Of a stretch of DNA of 64,000 bases, positions 51,401 to 60,300 are shown piece by piece. Positions within the stretch are counted from its first letter, which is position 1; every line of letters begins with the position of its first letter. Location of the stretch: positions 64,001-128,000 of IMG/VR virus record IMGVR_UViG_2548876794_000003. One strand, written 5' to 3'. The notes beneath the pieces were generated by a model, which saw only the letters and a program-made list of their open reading frames with translations, was not told the DNA's origin and did no database searches. This DNA is from a virus. Taxonomy: Duplodnaviria > Caudoviricetes. Made by a program: the position numbers and the translations under genes.

Positions 51401-53615
51401 GCGTGGACGCACTGTATGGGATGTTTTCAACATCGCAGCAAGTATGTCACCAGATTTCATTTTGGGTATCGCACCGTTCGGTATGCGCTCTACACTGTTC
51501 CATGGGCATCCGCGTTTCTATTATGCTTACGATTACATAAAAGATAAAGATGGAAACTATTTAGAGAAGCGTAAACCATACCAACAGTTCCACTTGGTTT
51601 CCTCTATGAGCGACATTATTCAAAACAATATTACTGCGACATCTCAAAGCATTGCGACAAACGCAGTGGGACTGTACAAAACAAAATTCACAATTGGTGA
51701 AAAAGAATATACGACTGGACGACTATACGTTGACTGGGACATCTACCCAGAGAACCAGCGATCTATCGTACACGATACAGGGATTGTTTACAAAGGTAAC
51801 AATGAAGTCGTATCAAAAGTTCCGTTAATAGGGGACGCAACAAAAGTAATTACTGACCGAGCGTTCGAGTTGCCAAGTGGCGGTAAAGAGAAGGCATGGC
51901 GTTCAACAGCGAAAGCATTGAAACATTCTATTCACGATATGTATACAGGGAACATTATGCTTGTCGGGAATCCTTCTATTAAGCCGCATGACCGTTTAGA
52001 AATTTATGATACATATGAAAACATTAGTGGACCAGTGTTGGTTGAATCAGTAACGCACATTATGAGCCCGGATACAGGGTTTGTTACAGACGTTGTTCCG
52101 GATTGTATTGCGGTAGTGGATGACCGCTTCGAAACAACAACTCAATCTTTCGTGAACAACTATATTAAACCAGCAATGATTTATAGCGCTGTAACAACAG
52201 CAATCGCGGCTTCAACAAAATCCTTGTCACCGACGCTATCTCTGTTAAAATCATTTTCGAATTCCAAAGGTAAGCAAGTAAACTACGTTGCAAACACTGT
52301 GAAGAAACTGGTTGGTGATACAGATAAGGCAAAGGATGCGAGTAAAGTTTCAAGGAAAGGACTGCGCCTATTATATAAAGCATTAAATGCTTCTAAAGGT
52401 CAGCTCGGTTCCCTCGGTGCGAAACTTGGGTTAGCCGGCGCTGTTGGTGGACCCGCTGGTGTTGCTGCATTAACAATTGGTTTCTTTGTCGAATCACTTG
52501 TTTCAATGAGTATCGGTTATGCAGTCAACAATAAGATTAAACACTCGCTACGAAACAAGCAGGTGCTAGAGATTTATCCTATTAAGAAGAATACAAAAGT
52601 ACTGACTGCAGGGCTTACAGGTCAAATGGGCTTAGTCGTTGGTTCACCGACTGGTGGTATGAACGGTGTTGTCGATAGCGTTGTAGACTGGTTCGTTAAT
52701 AAGAGCGATGATAACCGCGTATTCGGTTTTGTTCGTGACACATTATTAGCAGACGATACAGTGGATTATATGCGTACTGTTGGGCGACGCAATGAAAACC
52801 TACTTCAAGATGGTACAGAATATGCGCGACAAAGCGTATTGAACAATGTACTTGCATCTGTATCGAAAGAAGAAGCGGTTCAGATTGGTGGCCTTTCCGA
52901 GTTACTGCTAACGCCACGCGTCACACCTCCTCCAAGTAGTGAGTCAACGGAGAGAAAAGCTAATTACGCAACGAAGATGAATGCAAAATATACAGAGCTA
53001 AAAGTAGACACTATTACCAACATGGGCGGCAATGCGAAGATTGTTGAGAATATGGTAGCAATCGAAGGTAGTGAGAAAATCGCTGACTACTTAGATCGTG
53101 GTATCTTGCGTTTAATTTGGAAAGAAAAATTTAACGATGAAAAAGATTACGAATACGTGACGTTTGAAACCAAAGGTGAGAACCTTAAAGCTCGTTGTAT
53201 CAAGACAGTTGTTTCTAAAAAGAACAGCGATACTTGCTACGATATTCCATTCCTGCATCCAGATGCATTAGCACTTCTCGAAGAAATTTGTCGAGTGGCC
53301 AGTAACTATTTGGTATCAGATGAAGAGGAAAAGAACGAGAACGAATCAAACTTCATTGCAGTAACATCTGCAGCGCGTATCGGTGATACGGAGTCACTGG
53401 CGTCAACAGGGCTATCATTCAAGTTGGAATCAAGCGGAAAAGATTCTAAAACAATTCTAAAAAATGTGCTACATGACATTAATGAAGCGATGGATGAAAT
53501 GCGAAGCGTTGGCTTACCAGACGACTACATTATCTTTGAACGTACAAAAATTAAAGAAGGCGGGATTTCTGAGGACGGTAAGAGTGTCCGTATAACAGTT
53601 TACCCACCAGCATAG
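45441..53615 (+). CDS. giant baseplate hub-type protein with N-terminal thermonuclease domain and degenerate C-terminal M15-like peptidase fold
   Basis: VDGDT, IRFLGINAPE, DAYNRFLG; hub-like LKPGIRMHVRMGY...FNGRIAEV and GNPSIKPHD...VESVTH. Confidence 0.7.
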   Translation: MASTKTAKELKELYGTMNKENLILTDEDFFLPSMGDMYVNSVDSARLNDFAASLEGNAGKDKMTKASFYLENPFASELGFYEKNHLIFVKAKPLITTQDVLAGKVDGDTLTFKVSAVVGDDDGKAKSKIQEEVKRGTEKIINAVNDKASLDLMDRLESLGLDLSDPKNSEYKKYLRESSEQEFKIRFLGINAPEVSKWTHMSNINADYLKVEFKEYGDIKNDEAHYYCRRYEGRKDKEVIAFVTLSDAMSHDDGIDLGEMFIETNSEYSPLTKSRIKSEKKLDFYYLNTVGETEKKRREQGDLAQRRVIKAINASADGYVYLMLNTSTLKMATDRYASIFDDVTALSKGPINKLKYIFSQLVSYNDYSYKGYNMWGTDAYNRFLGTPYVITDEGYVNLAKYVIAGDDEKMVDVFPDYGDTPWSGVNNNYADKYFNLASYDFDNYALYDATKVAGDDIDDRRKVQEEIFGRSFDELREWTVGIGDTFFFVPPTSINVTNEVSNERLRTMRSKGSMVKGGTKVDKYIELDLYFNDERGINGYPWETTLPNGDKTTYYMNGLRALISQFKFTPFLPIENRYINQMCNIEAVNLLTLEISTVEGFPRTLVARVVLQAFDWRTYMPDLPANIQMDDQQDEDEYFNIFAKSIDYATMRWYYQRAIRRGNKVDGLDANSIKYIEKTLGSNTALQPMHFEDSGVKFYVANEDYLKKMLQVKINALDTSKTYAVLTDLEKELLVDLAPLGKAADDALTDKMMGQYTTSLIDKLKPAKDGRLPVLTAEKASKGLVYGKAKLGSPKIMRVETNGFIFDDEYFPEYMNLVQSRMVDAFKDVQGKEKILNDVTPYYKVGDDYITFGVCLDLYMPGFTTPAQITNLIAEASTATGVSRDKFNLVDEKLYISYRVELKDKVGVKTGIDRFITTDYDGVIQYPALPNTTKSGYDYQMLAYAQQYKKIKDSDEDTPNEEVADTAKNVDYISPYTLTYDQYEMGHVTVQNISVSTTNSFMKYGLNGSEGYASQYMGSEDSIIEITLHSMDEYAVGMINQMTSLQTRYARDYRLILPACPFRIDTELTRTLGINEIILDKVEVSTVAGAPGLYDIHISAISMDRTLRSREALNKVNDWTNNGSIGNDNATELKLKSYDNLNETLAAAELYPDLELPTVKELESKGFNFIRHVFDRDRSYPDPDFYFVYGYLLQADVLRDAVSQAYEQSIAESTWTDEYGGSVELETNKEFGYITKKEGKNTKDLHESISKVEAAADKSKSVTEYVNSGEALIDIIQSAEDAEGWSVSPKIRVLGIDQYHQDLLHRDDAMKKGKTGEERQGKWLSERMDEAREASKLIKAALDKPLSSIGQAHDARKDDDFTRRFSDRVIRECLNEDFGDALAKLNFSAEEFTDSGSQTADSFIKILKSIATAFSSKKEWTKKAGKDGDANFKYLGYAIDTDTNSSGNRSAASIDDAVENGVEFSVFGLKMLKRKKLKKLEVYGEIHKRVDDDVSVNMNYYTLDPYYRREGVTAKEIEEYKRACCTDYTVAAQAFVRNTMLFLAKAIDEYIFPNITFDLMASELREAMKSVENKKLADEINDYEDFLNDEDRPINAGKLFICSLAAATNSQKVLEYVKQGRYEDLNQMVYQSINEKGTELYDNSEAIFYRKFFRKLVDYKMIDNLGAVGNDDKNIVTDRRREYRERVYIEAANNPSEYITHSFHDMTVNDMRGRMARAFPTFYMLLVDEGRRIGLWKLHDNFYNINSISEIAITKSRKNPADTIKITMSNMFHTYTTDDEDIKVNFEYDYRDVFNSIFNSEAYYEKEEAKRMGQQPLNRAKLKPGIRMHVRMGYNSNAATLPIMFNGRIAEVSAGETVEIVGQGDGVELLNTISVQESKSLNQGNGKLWLYSKVDGQQTPKEIFDKVLCNKGTMTSRALDTVSNGYYRSYNEYGIVHFGDPRYNVIFENGEPSQNIYEATTQPKWYKEQSKSAEYGLEEPPQISIMTRGRTVWDVFNIAASMSPDFILGIAPFGMRSTLFHGHPRFYYAYDYIKDKDGNYLEKRKPYQQFHLVSSMSDIIQNNITATSQSIATNAVGLYKTKFTIGEKEYTTGRLYVDWDIYPENQRSIVHDTGIVYKGNNEVVSKVPLIGDATKVITDRAFELPSGGKEKAWRSTAKALKHSIHDMYTGNIMLVGNPSIKPHDRLEIYDTYENISGPVLVESVTHIMSPDTGFVTDVVPDCIAVVDDRFETTTQSFVNNYIKPAMIYSAVTTAIAASTKSLSPTLSLLKSFSNSKGKQVNYVANTVKKLVGDTDKAKDASKVSRKGLRLLYKALNASKGQLGSLGAKLGLAGAVGGPAGVAALTIGFFVESLVSMSIGYAVNNKIKHSLRNKQVLEIYPIKKNTKVLTAGLTGQMGLVVGSPTGGMNGVVDSVVDWFVNKSDDNRVFGFVRDTLLADDTVDYMRTVGRRNENLLQDGTEYARQSVLNNVLASVSKEEAVQIGGLSELLLTPRVTPPPSSESTERKANYATKMNAKYTELKVDTITNMGGNAKIVENMVAIEGSEKIADYLDRGILRLIWKEKFNDEKDYEYVTFETKGENLKARCIKTVVSKKNSDTCYDIPFLHPDALALLEEICRVASNYLVSDEEEKNENESNFIAVTSAARIGDTESLASTGLSFKLESSGKDSKTILKNVLHDINEAMDEMRSVGLPDDYIIFERTKIKEGGISEDGKSVRITVYPPA

Positions 53616-53626
53616 GGGGAGAGAGA

Positions 53627-54001
53627 ATGGCTGGATTAAAAGATGTTATCGCCGAAAAGGTTGTATCTCCGTCGGTAAATAACGATGGCGACCATTTTGA
53701 TGTAGAAGCAATTGTCCGCACGATTGATGCAGACAATAGCACATGTACAATTACATATCGAAGCGGTGAAGGCCGCGTCACACGAGAAAACGTATTAGTT
53801 CGTACAGGTAGTGTTTCGTTCGTTGATTGGTTCCCAGAGAAAGGAGACCATGTTCTCGTCAACATTATCAATGGGCGACATTATGTAACTGGCCCTTCTG
53901 ATGCAGAGTTACGAGGGATGCGAAAACGGAATTCGCGACTGGTCAGTGACATTTATAGCGACATGACAGCGACAGATACACAAGGGGGTTGGATTTTCTA
54001 A
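53627..54001 (+). CDS. baseplate spike N-terminal OB-fold-like protein
   Basis: WFPEKGDHVLV motif typical of gp5/gpV OB domains; follows the hub. Confidence 0.55.
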   Translation: MAGLKDVIAEKVVSPSVNNDGDHFDVEAIVRTIDADNSTCTITYRSGEGRVTRENVLVRTGSVSFVDWFPEKGDHVLVNIINGRHYVTGPSDAELRGMRKRNSRLVSDIYSDMTATDTQGGWIF

Positions 54002-54702
54002 TGAGCGAAAAAGCAGCAGCCGTCACGTTTGTACAGGATGAACCAGCAGACAATATTATTGCTCGAATCAAAAAAGATGTAGCAAACACGAAAGCGGGAA
54101 TCGAGAAGGCACTCGTCAACAAGCATTCGAAATCGAGCTTGACTATGCGTAAGGATGGTGACATTACGCTAGCTTCAAATACGAAAACGCAAATGAAGCT
54201 AGATAACAATGGTAAATCCTTAGATATGACACAAGATAGCATCACGATTGCAAATAGACGAACGCTTGAAGTTGAGGATATTGTTATCAACAATCATAAA
54301 ATGAATCCTCAATTGCTTTACTATACGGATGGCGTGTCAGTATTAAACGATACAGATAGCTACGTATCGTCGTTTCAGATGCAGGGGAGTGTCATGGTGA
54401 AAGCGTGGGATGCTTCGAGCAAAAAGTATAAGATGATTCGCAGACCTGCGAACCTATCTATGTTTAGCCCACGTTTAAATACAGCACAGATTCCAAAAGA
54501 CCTTGGTGTTCCAGACACAGTGAAAGAGCAGATCGAGGAAATTGCTTCTACAAATCAAAGCGTATCGAACGCAAGTGAAGTAGAGAAAGCAACAGATGGC
54601 ACAGCTGCAGTGGAAACAGTTGCGGATAAAAAATCCAAAGTAGCTGATTCAATCGTAGCTAAAGGTGGCACACCCATTACAAAAACAGCTAAGAAACAAT
54701 AA
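54001..54702 (+). CDS. baseplate spike beta-strand-rich protein
   Basis: TAATG overlap start; SSLTMRKDGDITL-type beta repeats. Confidence 0.5.
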   Translation: MSEKAAAVTFVQDEPADNIIARIKKDVANTKAGIEKALVNKHSKSSLTMRKDGDITLASNTKTQMKLDNNGKSLDMTQDSITIANRRTLEVEDIVINNHKMNPQLLYYTDGVSVLNDTDSYVSSFQMQGSVMVKAWDASSKKYKMIRRPANLSMFSPRLNTAQIPKDLGVPDTVKEQIEEIASTNQSVSNASEVEKATDGTAAVETVADKKSKVADSIVAKGGTPITKTAKKQ

Positions 54703-54706
54703 AATT

Positions 54707-54743
54707 GTAACAAAAACACCTCAAAATGGGTGTTTTTTGTTAC
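54707..54743. terminator. bidirectional terminator between convergent genes
   Basis: GTAACAAAAACACC-tcaaaatg-GGTGTTTTTTGTTAC. Confidence 0.75.
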
Positions 54744-54746
54744 CTA

Positions 54747-55475
54747 CTATTCAATTGCACAGCCGACAGCGAATGCCGTTGCACATGCAAAGTCACACGC
54801 ACCACCAACAGCTAGTCCCACGCCAGGAATGAAATGCAATCCACCACACATAGAACCACAAGCAATTAATCCAGACATACTACAAGCAAAAGCTACACCA
54901 TTGAATTTAAACTTATAAGTAGCAATGCCTGAATCGTTAGCTTCTTCAACTTCTCCAATATTGAAAGAATTTAGAACATCATAACTTTCATCAGAGAAAT
55001 CTAATAAAACTGTGTTAGACATTAAAACTTTTTTCTCTTTTAAATCAATCCACATAATCTCGCGTAAGATTTTCTTATTGTCTTTATTATTGTTATCATA
55101 GTAATAAGCAGCATAACTTACGACATTTTCATAGTTTACGCCTTGGTCTTCTAGGTTTTTAAATTGTGTATAAGTTTGCGCATCTTTAGCTAGAAGGTAT
55201 CCTTTTTTCTTATAAGACTTTAGAATTTTTTTAGCTTCTGAATTACGATCTTTCTTAGCAACTTTGTTTACAGACTTTTTCACTTTTTTACTAAGCTCTT
55301 GATTGACTTCTGTACCAGACGCTTCTAATTGTTCAATAGCTTTTTGTACATCGCTATTCGGATTATCACATTGGCAATCTTCCTTTGCAATATTGCTAAC
55401 AGCTGTGGATTGTTGAGGCGTTAATGAGAACACCAGAATAAAGGCCATTGAGATAACACTTAAAATTTTCTTCAA
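54747..55475 (-). CDS. secreted halocin C8-like bacteriocin precursor (Gram-positive immunity/bacteriocin fusion type)
   Basis: Sec signal peptide, CQC near the N-terminus, and a hydrophobic six-Cys C-terminal peptide FKFNGVAFACSMSGLIACGSMC...GACDFACATAFAVGC. Confidence 0.7.
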   Translation of the reverse strand: MKKILSVISMAFILVFSLTPQQSTAVSNIAKEDCQCDNPNSDVQKAIEQLEASGTEVNQELSKKVKKSVNKVAKKDRNSEAKKILKSYKKKGYLLAKDAQTYTQFKNLEDQGVNYENVVSYAAYYYDNNNKDNKKILREIMWIDLKEKKVLMSNTVLLDFSDESYDVLNSFNIGEVEEANDSGIATYKFKFNGVAFACSMSGLIACGSMCGGLHFIPGVGLAVGGACDFACATAFAVGCAIE

Positions 55476-55497
55476 AACAAAGCAACTCCCTTAAATA

Positions 55498-55671
55498 TTA
55501 TGTAGTTTTTCTCTCTCTAACTCTGATTACTAAATAAACTAAAAGTGCCACAATAAAAGCTAGCAATTGATCTAGTAACATATCACCAGTGTTAAACCAT
55601 CTTATTAAAAAAACTAACCCAAAAATCAACATACCTAAAATACTTATTATTTTAATAACTTTTTCACCCAA
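55498..55671 (-). CDS. small two-helix membrane protein (57 aa), candidate immunity partner
   Basis: Not in the ORF track; SD GGAGGTG, TTG start; MGEKVIKIISILGMLIFGLVFLIRWFNTGDMLLDQLLAFIVALLVYLVIRVRERKTT. Confidence 0.7.
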   Translation of the reverse strand: MGEKVIKIISILGMLIFGLVFLIRWFNTGDMLLDQLLAFIVALLVYLVIRVRERKTT

Positions 55672-55717
55672 CTTATTACACCTCCAAACTCGACATTTTA
55701 AAGACAGTTTACTTTTA

Positions 55718-55747
55718 AATGTTTACATATTGGTTATTAATTGTCAA
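55718..55747 (-). promoter_or_regulatory. possible sigma-A promoter for the bacteriocin cassette
   Basis: Perfect TTGACA at 55747-55742; the -10 element is only a weak match (TAAACA/AAACAT). Confidence 0.35.
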
Positions 55748-56008
55748 ATTTGTATTTTATTAACCAATTACAATTACTCTTCAAAATGGCGTAACAGCGG
55801 CGTTTGTGAGGGGTGATTTTTTATTTTATAAAGTGGCTTGAGTGATGAAAATTTATTTAAAAATTGACTTTTAAATCAAGCAAGGGGATTTACTTTTAGA
55901 CGTATTACAAAAAGACTACTTGTTCATCTTTAAAAAACTTCTTTCTTCATGTAAACTTGCACGCGCAAGCAGTAAAATACTGCATGAAAGAAAGGGGTTT
56001 TTTATTTT

Positions 56009-56506
56009 ATGGTCGATTTTCAAACGACAAAAAACGGTGACATCGTGTTCAAAGACTACAATAAAAAAGCTGGAATTGTATTGAATATGCAGACAGCAGA
56101 TGCATGTATTGTTCTATCTCATTCTACAAGTAATCAACCGCAAAGCCGCGCCACAGATGGTATTCGGTTAACATTCAGAACCGTCACTGATGACGCAGGA
56201 CTAGACGTTGATATTGTTTCCGACAACGATGCAATATCTCAACAAATCGAATGGGAATGCAAAACAGAAATCGGTGAATTACCGATAAGTACGTTCGGGA
56301 GTACAGTGTACAAGAGTATGCACAAAGAGATTGGACTAGAAGAAACGGCAGAAGCTATCCGTTTGTCCATCCAATCTATCGTCGATCAATACATTACTGA
56401 TGCGACAGTGACGATTGAGCGTCATAAAGATGCTTCCGTTTTTAACTATCAAACATACCATGCAATGATTGAAGCAACAGGATTCCATCATTCATTTACT
56501 ATTTAG
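56009..56506 (+). CDS. baseplate wedge gp25-like protein
   Basis: DAISQQI...KTEIGELP..TFGS motif. Confidence 0.6.
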   Translation: MVDFQTTKNGDIVFKDYNKKAGIVLNMQTADACIVLSHSTSNQPQSRATDGIRLTFRTVTDDAGLDVDIVSDNDAISQQIEWECKTEIGELPISTFGSTVYKSMHKEIGLEETAEAIRLSIQSIVDQYITDATVTIERHKDASVFNYQTYHAMIEATGFHHSFTI

Positions 56507-56515
56507 GAGGACATT

Positions 56516-57295
56516 ATGAAAACAGCAAGTACGATTAAACAAGATATAAAAAATAACATGAACGTTGATTTCTACGAAGGTAGCTTTATCGACAACGTTC
56601 TTAATGCTATTGCCGACTCTGAGGAGAAGGTATACGAAGAAGTAGATAAGGCCCGTAGCCCTTACTTGTACAGTCAAGTTTTAAACTTCGCAGACAATTT
56701 AGATGACCTTGGCCAGATGTACAACCTCGTTCGCGAGGAAGGGGAAAGCGACCAAAACTATCTGTACCGCATTATTAATTGGAAGCTAATTTCAGAAGCA
56801 GGGAATAAAACAGCAATTCAAGCATCAATCATCAATCCTGTGAACGCTTCGTATATGGAGTATCTTCCGTTAACAAACGGCGCCAATACTGGTTCTATCT
56901 ATATCGTACCTAATGATTATGAGGTTGAAACGAAGTTAGCCGCCATCGAAGAAGCGAAGAAGAAAATCGAAGCCGTTGTTTCACCAGGGATGTACATGGA
57001 GTATGTTATTCCAGACATGGTTGCGATTGATTTAGACATTAAAATCGAAACTAGCAATTCAAATCAAACACTGCTAAAATCAGCGGTGAATTCGGCAATA
57101 CGAGAGTATGTCAATAACATTGCACCAAATGATTACTTAACAATCGGTGCGCTAAATCGTATTGGCATTAACTTAGCTGGTGTGGATTATTTCAATGTAA
57201 CGCAAGTGTACATTGGCGGCAGCGCAACAAAGTCGAATAAAAACTTACAAGAGATTGACAAGAAATTCGTACTGAATCTCGTCTCTTGGGATTAG
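56516..57295 (+). CDS. baseplate J-like wedge protein
   Basis: LDDLG...REEGESD..YLYRI, GN..AI, IREYVNNIAP. Confidence 0.7.
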   Translation: MKTASTIKQDIKNNMNVDFYEGSFIDNVLNAIADSEEKVYEEVDKARSPYLYSQVLNFADNLDDLGQMYNLVREEGESDQNYLYRIINWKLISEAGNKTAIQASIINPVNASYMEYLPLTNGANTGSIYIVPNDYEVETKLAAIEEAKKKIEAVVSPGMYMEYVIPDMVAIDLDIKIETSNSNQTLLKSAVNSAIREYVNNIAPNDYLTIGALNRIGINLAGVDYFNVTQVYIGGSATKSNKNLQEIDKKFVLNLVSWD

Positions 57296-57306
57296 GAGAA
57301 CCATAT

Positions 57307-60300
57307 ATGTTAGACAAGAAACAATTGTATGAAAATGCGATAATGCATTTCCCTCGACGCTCTGACATTCGTAAACGAAAAACCAGTAACGGTGCCAAGC
57401 TACTTCGCAGCATCTTAGAAGAAGCAGACGACTTCAATCAAGCCATCGAAGAGCTACGTGCTTCATTCTTTGCTATTAACTACAAGGGGAAAGCAGACGA
57501 ACTTCTATTGAACTTATCAATGTTTCCGGTTGGATCCGTTGCAGACGACATTCAGATGGACGGTTTCACACAGGCTCTTGATGAAAACCACTTCATGAAT
57601 GATGCGCAGACATTCATCGTTGAAGATGGCTTTTGCTACCTACATCGTCAAAACACGCTCTTTGTTTCATATCGAGCAAACGGTGATACATATACGGCTC
57701 AGTTAAAAGATATGACGTACTGGAACATCATTGATGAGTTTGCGATGATTTCTTCTATTGATCGCTTTGATAATGAGTCGAACGAAGAATTACTTAATCG
57801 CGTTTTCCTAAGTTATCGTAACGTGACAAATAGCTCTGCAATAGGATTGAAGAATGCCATTATAAACGCTGTCAGTAATCACGTAGAAATCATTCCAGAT
57901 GATATTGTCATTGAGCCAATGAACGAACAAAACTTACATACATACTTCGATGAAATCGAATTGATTGAAAACCTTAGCTTTATTAATAAAGATGTGCTGC
58001 GTCAAAAAGTATGGGGGCGCTCAAAGTGGGAGCATCCTTTTGCTGGTATTGAAAACGTACCGAGTGAATGGGATGTAGTCATGCCAGCCGTACAGGATGG
58101 GGTAGGCGACATTCGTGCCACTTACGCAAAAGACATTTCAGATTCTTTATTCAAAAGAGCTGTCGTCAATACATATAACAAATCAGAAGCTATGATTTCA
58201 AACTACATGCTTTCGAACAATATTGACGTTGATATTAACTTAGGCCTAACGAAACTTTCAAACCGGTTAAATTCTAAAAAGGTAAGTTACAAAGTGTCCG
58301 CAGAAAAAGTGACGGACGTTTCTAACGATGTTATTCGACTGAACAATGAATATAGCGGCAGAAGCGTCGGTCACTTGCAAGACATCGTTGCAAACTTAAC
58401 GGACTACCGAGCGAACATTACATCAAATAATCTACTTGAAGCTGGTCATGATTATCGTGTCACTGTAGAAGCGGAAGGTGACTATGACGCATTAAAAGTA
58501 GAACAACTTGAACTACTAAACAGCGATGGCTCTAAACGTTCATATCTACAGCCGAATGCTGGCTTTAAAAAGGACAGTGACGGTAATTACATTCCTGACA
58601 ACATTTTGAAGCGAATCAACTCTACAGAAGATATGTACAATGTACAGAACTTCGTGACAACATTAGATGGCATTGAGTTAGAGGACACAGCAAACAAAGG
58701 CCATGCTGAAATTTCTATTGAAGGAGCAAGTAACAAATACCTTATCATCAAAGAAAGCTGCCAAATGGTTTCGTTCACAGGTAACAATGCGTTGCTTAAG
58801 GCAGAAGGTTTCACGTTAACGAATGGCATGTTAACATCTCGAAACGAAAGTGACCGCATTACGATTGAAATGACTTGTCGTAATATGCAATTCGCTGTAT
58901 CAAGTGGGCGCATTAATTATGATTTGTACGTGAATGGTGAAAATGTAGCTTCCGAATCAAACATAACTACCGACGATGTAAAATATTCGTTTGATAAGCC
59001 AACTAAAATTAAGATGGTTATTCGCCCAGTCGGTACGCAAAGCACAATACTTTCAAACTTTATGTACAACAATTATGAATTGAGCATGAGCGTTGATGGG
59101 GCGAGCCTTTATCACAACAATACATTCGGTCACATTATTTACGAAGCGGATCCGGGCGCCAAGTTGATTTTAGACATGTCGTGCAAAACCGGATTCTCAC
59201 CAGTTATTGAATACATACATATTGGCGGTATCGTCAAAGGCAAAAAATACGTTGTTAGTAACATTATTCCGAAAGAGGATAGTCTACTTCTGTTAAAAGC
59301 AGATGGCGCAATTACCGTAGAAGATTTAACGGATGGTCGCGTTATTGGTCACGAATCAGATATGGTACTTGCACTTAGAAACAATGGTGCAACGCCGATG
59401 AATGTAAAGCTAAATATCGCGAACTATACAGACTTCTCAATTGAAAATTACACTATCAATCGCATCTTTACAGCAGGTGTTGAAAACTATTACTTATCGC
59501 TTCAACCAGGGGCGAGCATTTCATCGTTTATTACGAATGGTACATATAAAAAATCCGTCTATGAAAAAACTATTAAGGACGTATTGAACACTCAAAACGT
59601 TTACGTATCAAGTTACCAGAATGGATTCTTTGATGGCATCTCTGGTCACGAAGTTAAGCTGGTGCGCGATATGTTTTCAGATGCACCAACGTTTAACAGT
59701 TGTGAAATCATTTCAAAAAGCAACGTTCGTTATAACTTTATGGCAACGGCTAACAGTAGCATTTCAGTTGAGACAACTTACTTCAAACAAGATTTTGTTC
59801 AAATTGGTTGTGTAGCAATTGCTGGAGAACAGCATATTTGCTATAACACGCAACGTGTACTTAGCTCTATCACAGAGAATATACAGGTAGCGCGCTTATT
59901 CTATCCAGAACTAGAAGCGAGCCAACTGTACTGTTTCTATATCGAAACGTCGACAAGTGGCGCTAAAGTAACGTTCATGGACACAAATATTGGCACAAGT
60001 TATATCGGTGAATATGTAAAAATTGAATTGGATAATTTTGCATCGGACGAATCAAACTACATAAAAGAATCAGTCGTGGTGAGACGGAATGCCGTACTAT
60101 CAAATGTAATGTACCTAGATCGTACTTTCGTTAAGGAAGGCAAAGAAATTGATTTAGCGGAATATATGATTTCTCCACCACAAGGATTAGAGGTCGTTTA
60201 TGCAAACGGCACAGAACAAGCTTCTGAATCATTTTATGCGGAGCAAGATGGCTTCAACAAACTTAAAAAATCCAACATTGAAAGTATTGACTATATTATG

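Noticed and set aside
1653-55980. Shared late-promoter motif GTA(A/C)..ATAC at 1653, 5992, 9245 and 55972
   Set aside because: Too short and variable in AT-rich DNA to support without motif statistics or TSS data
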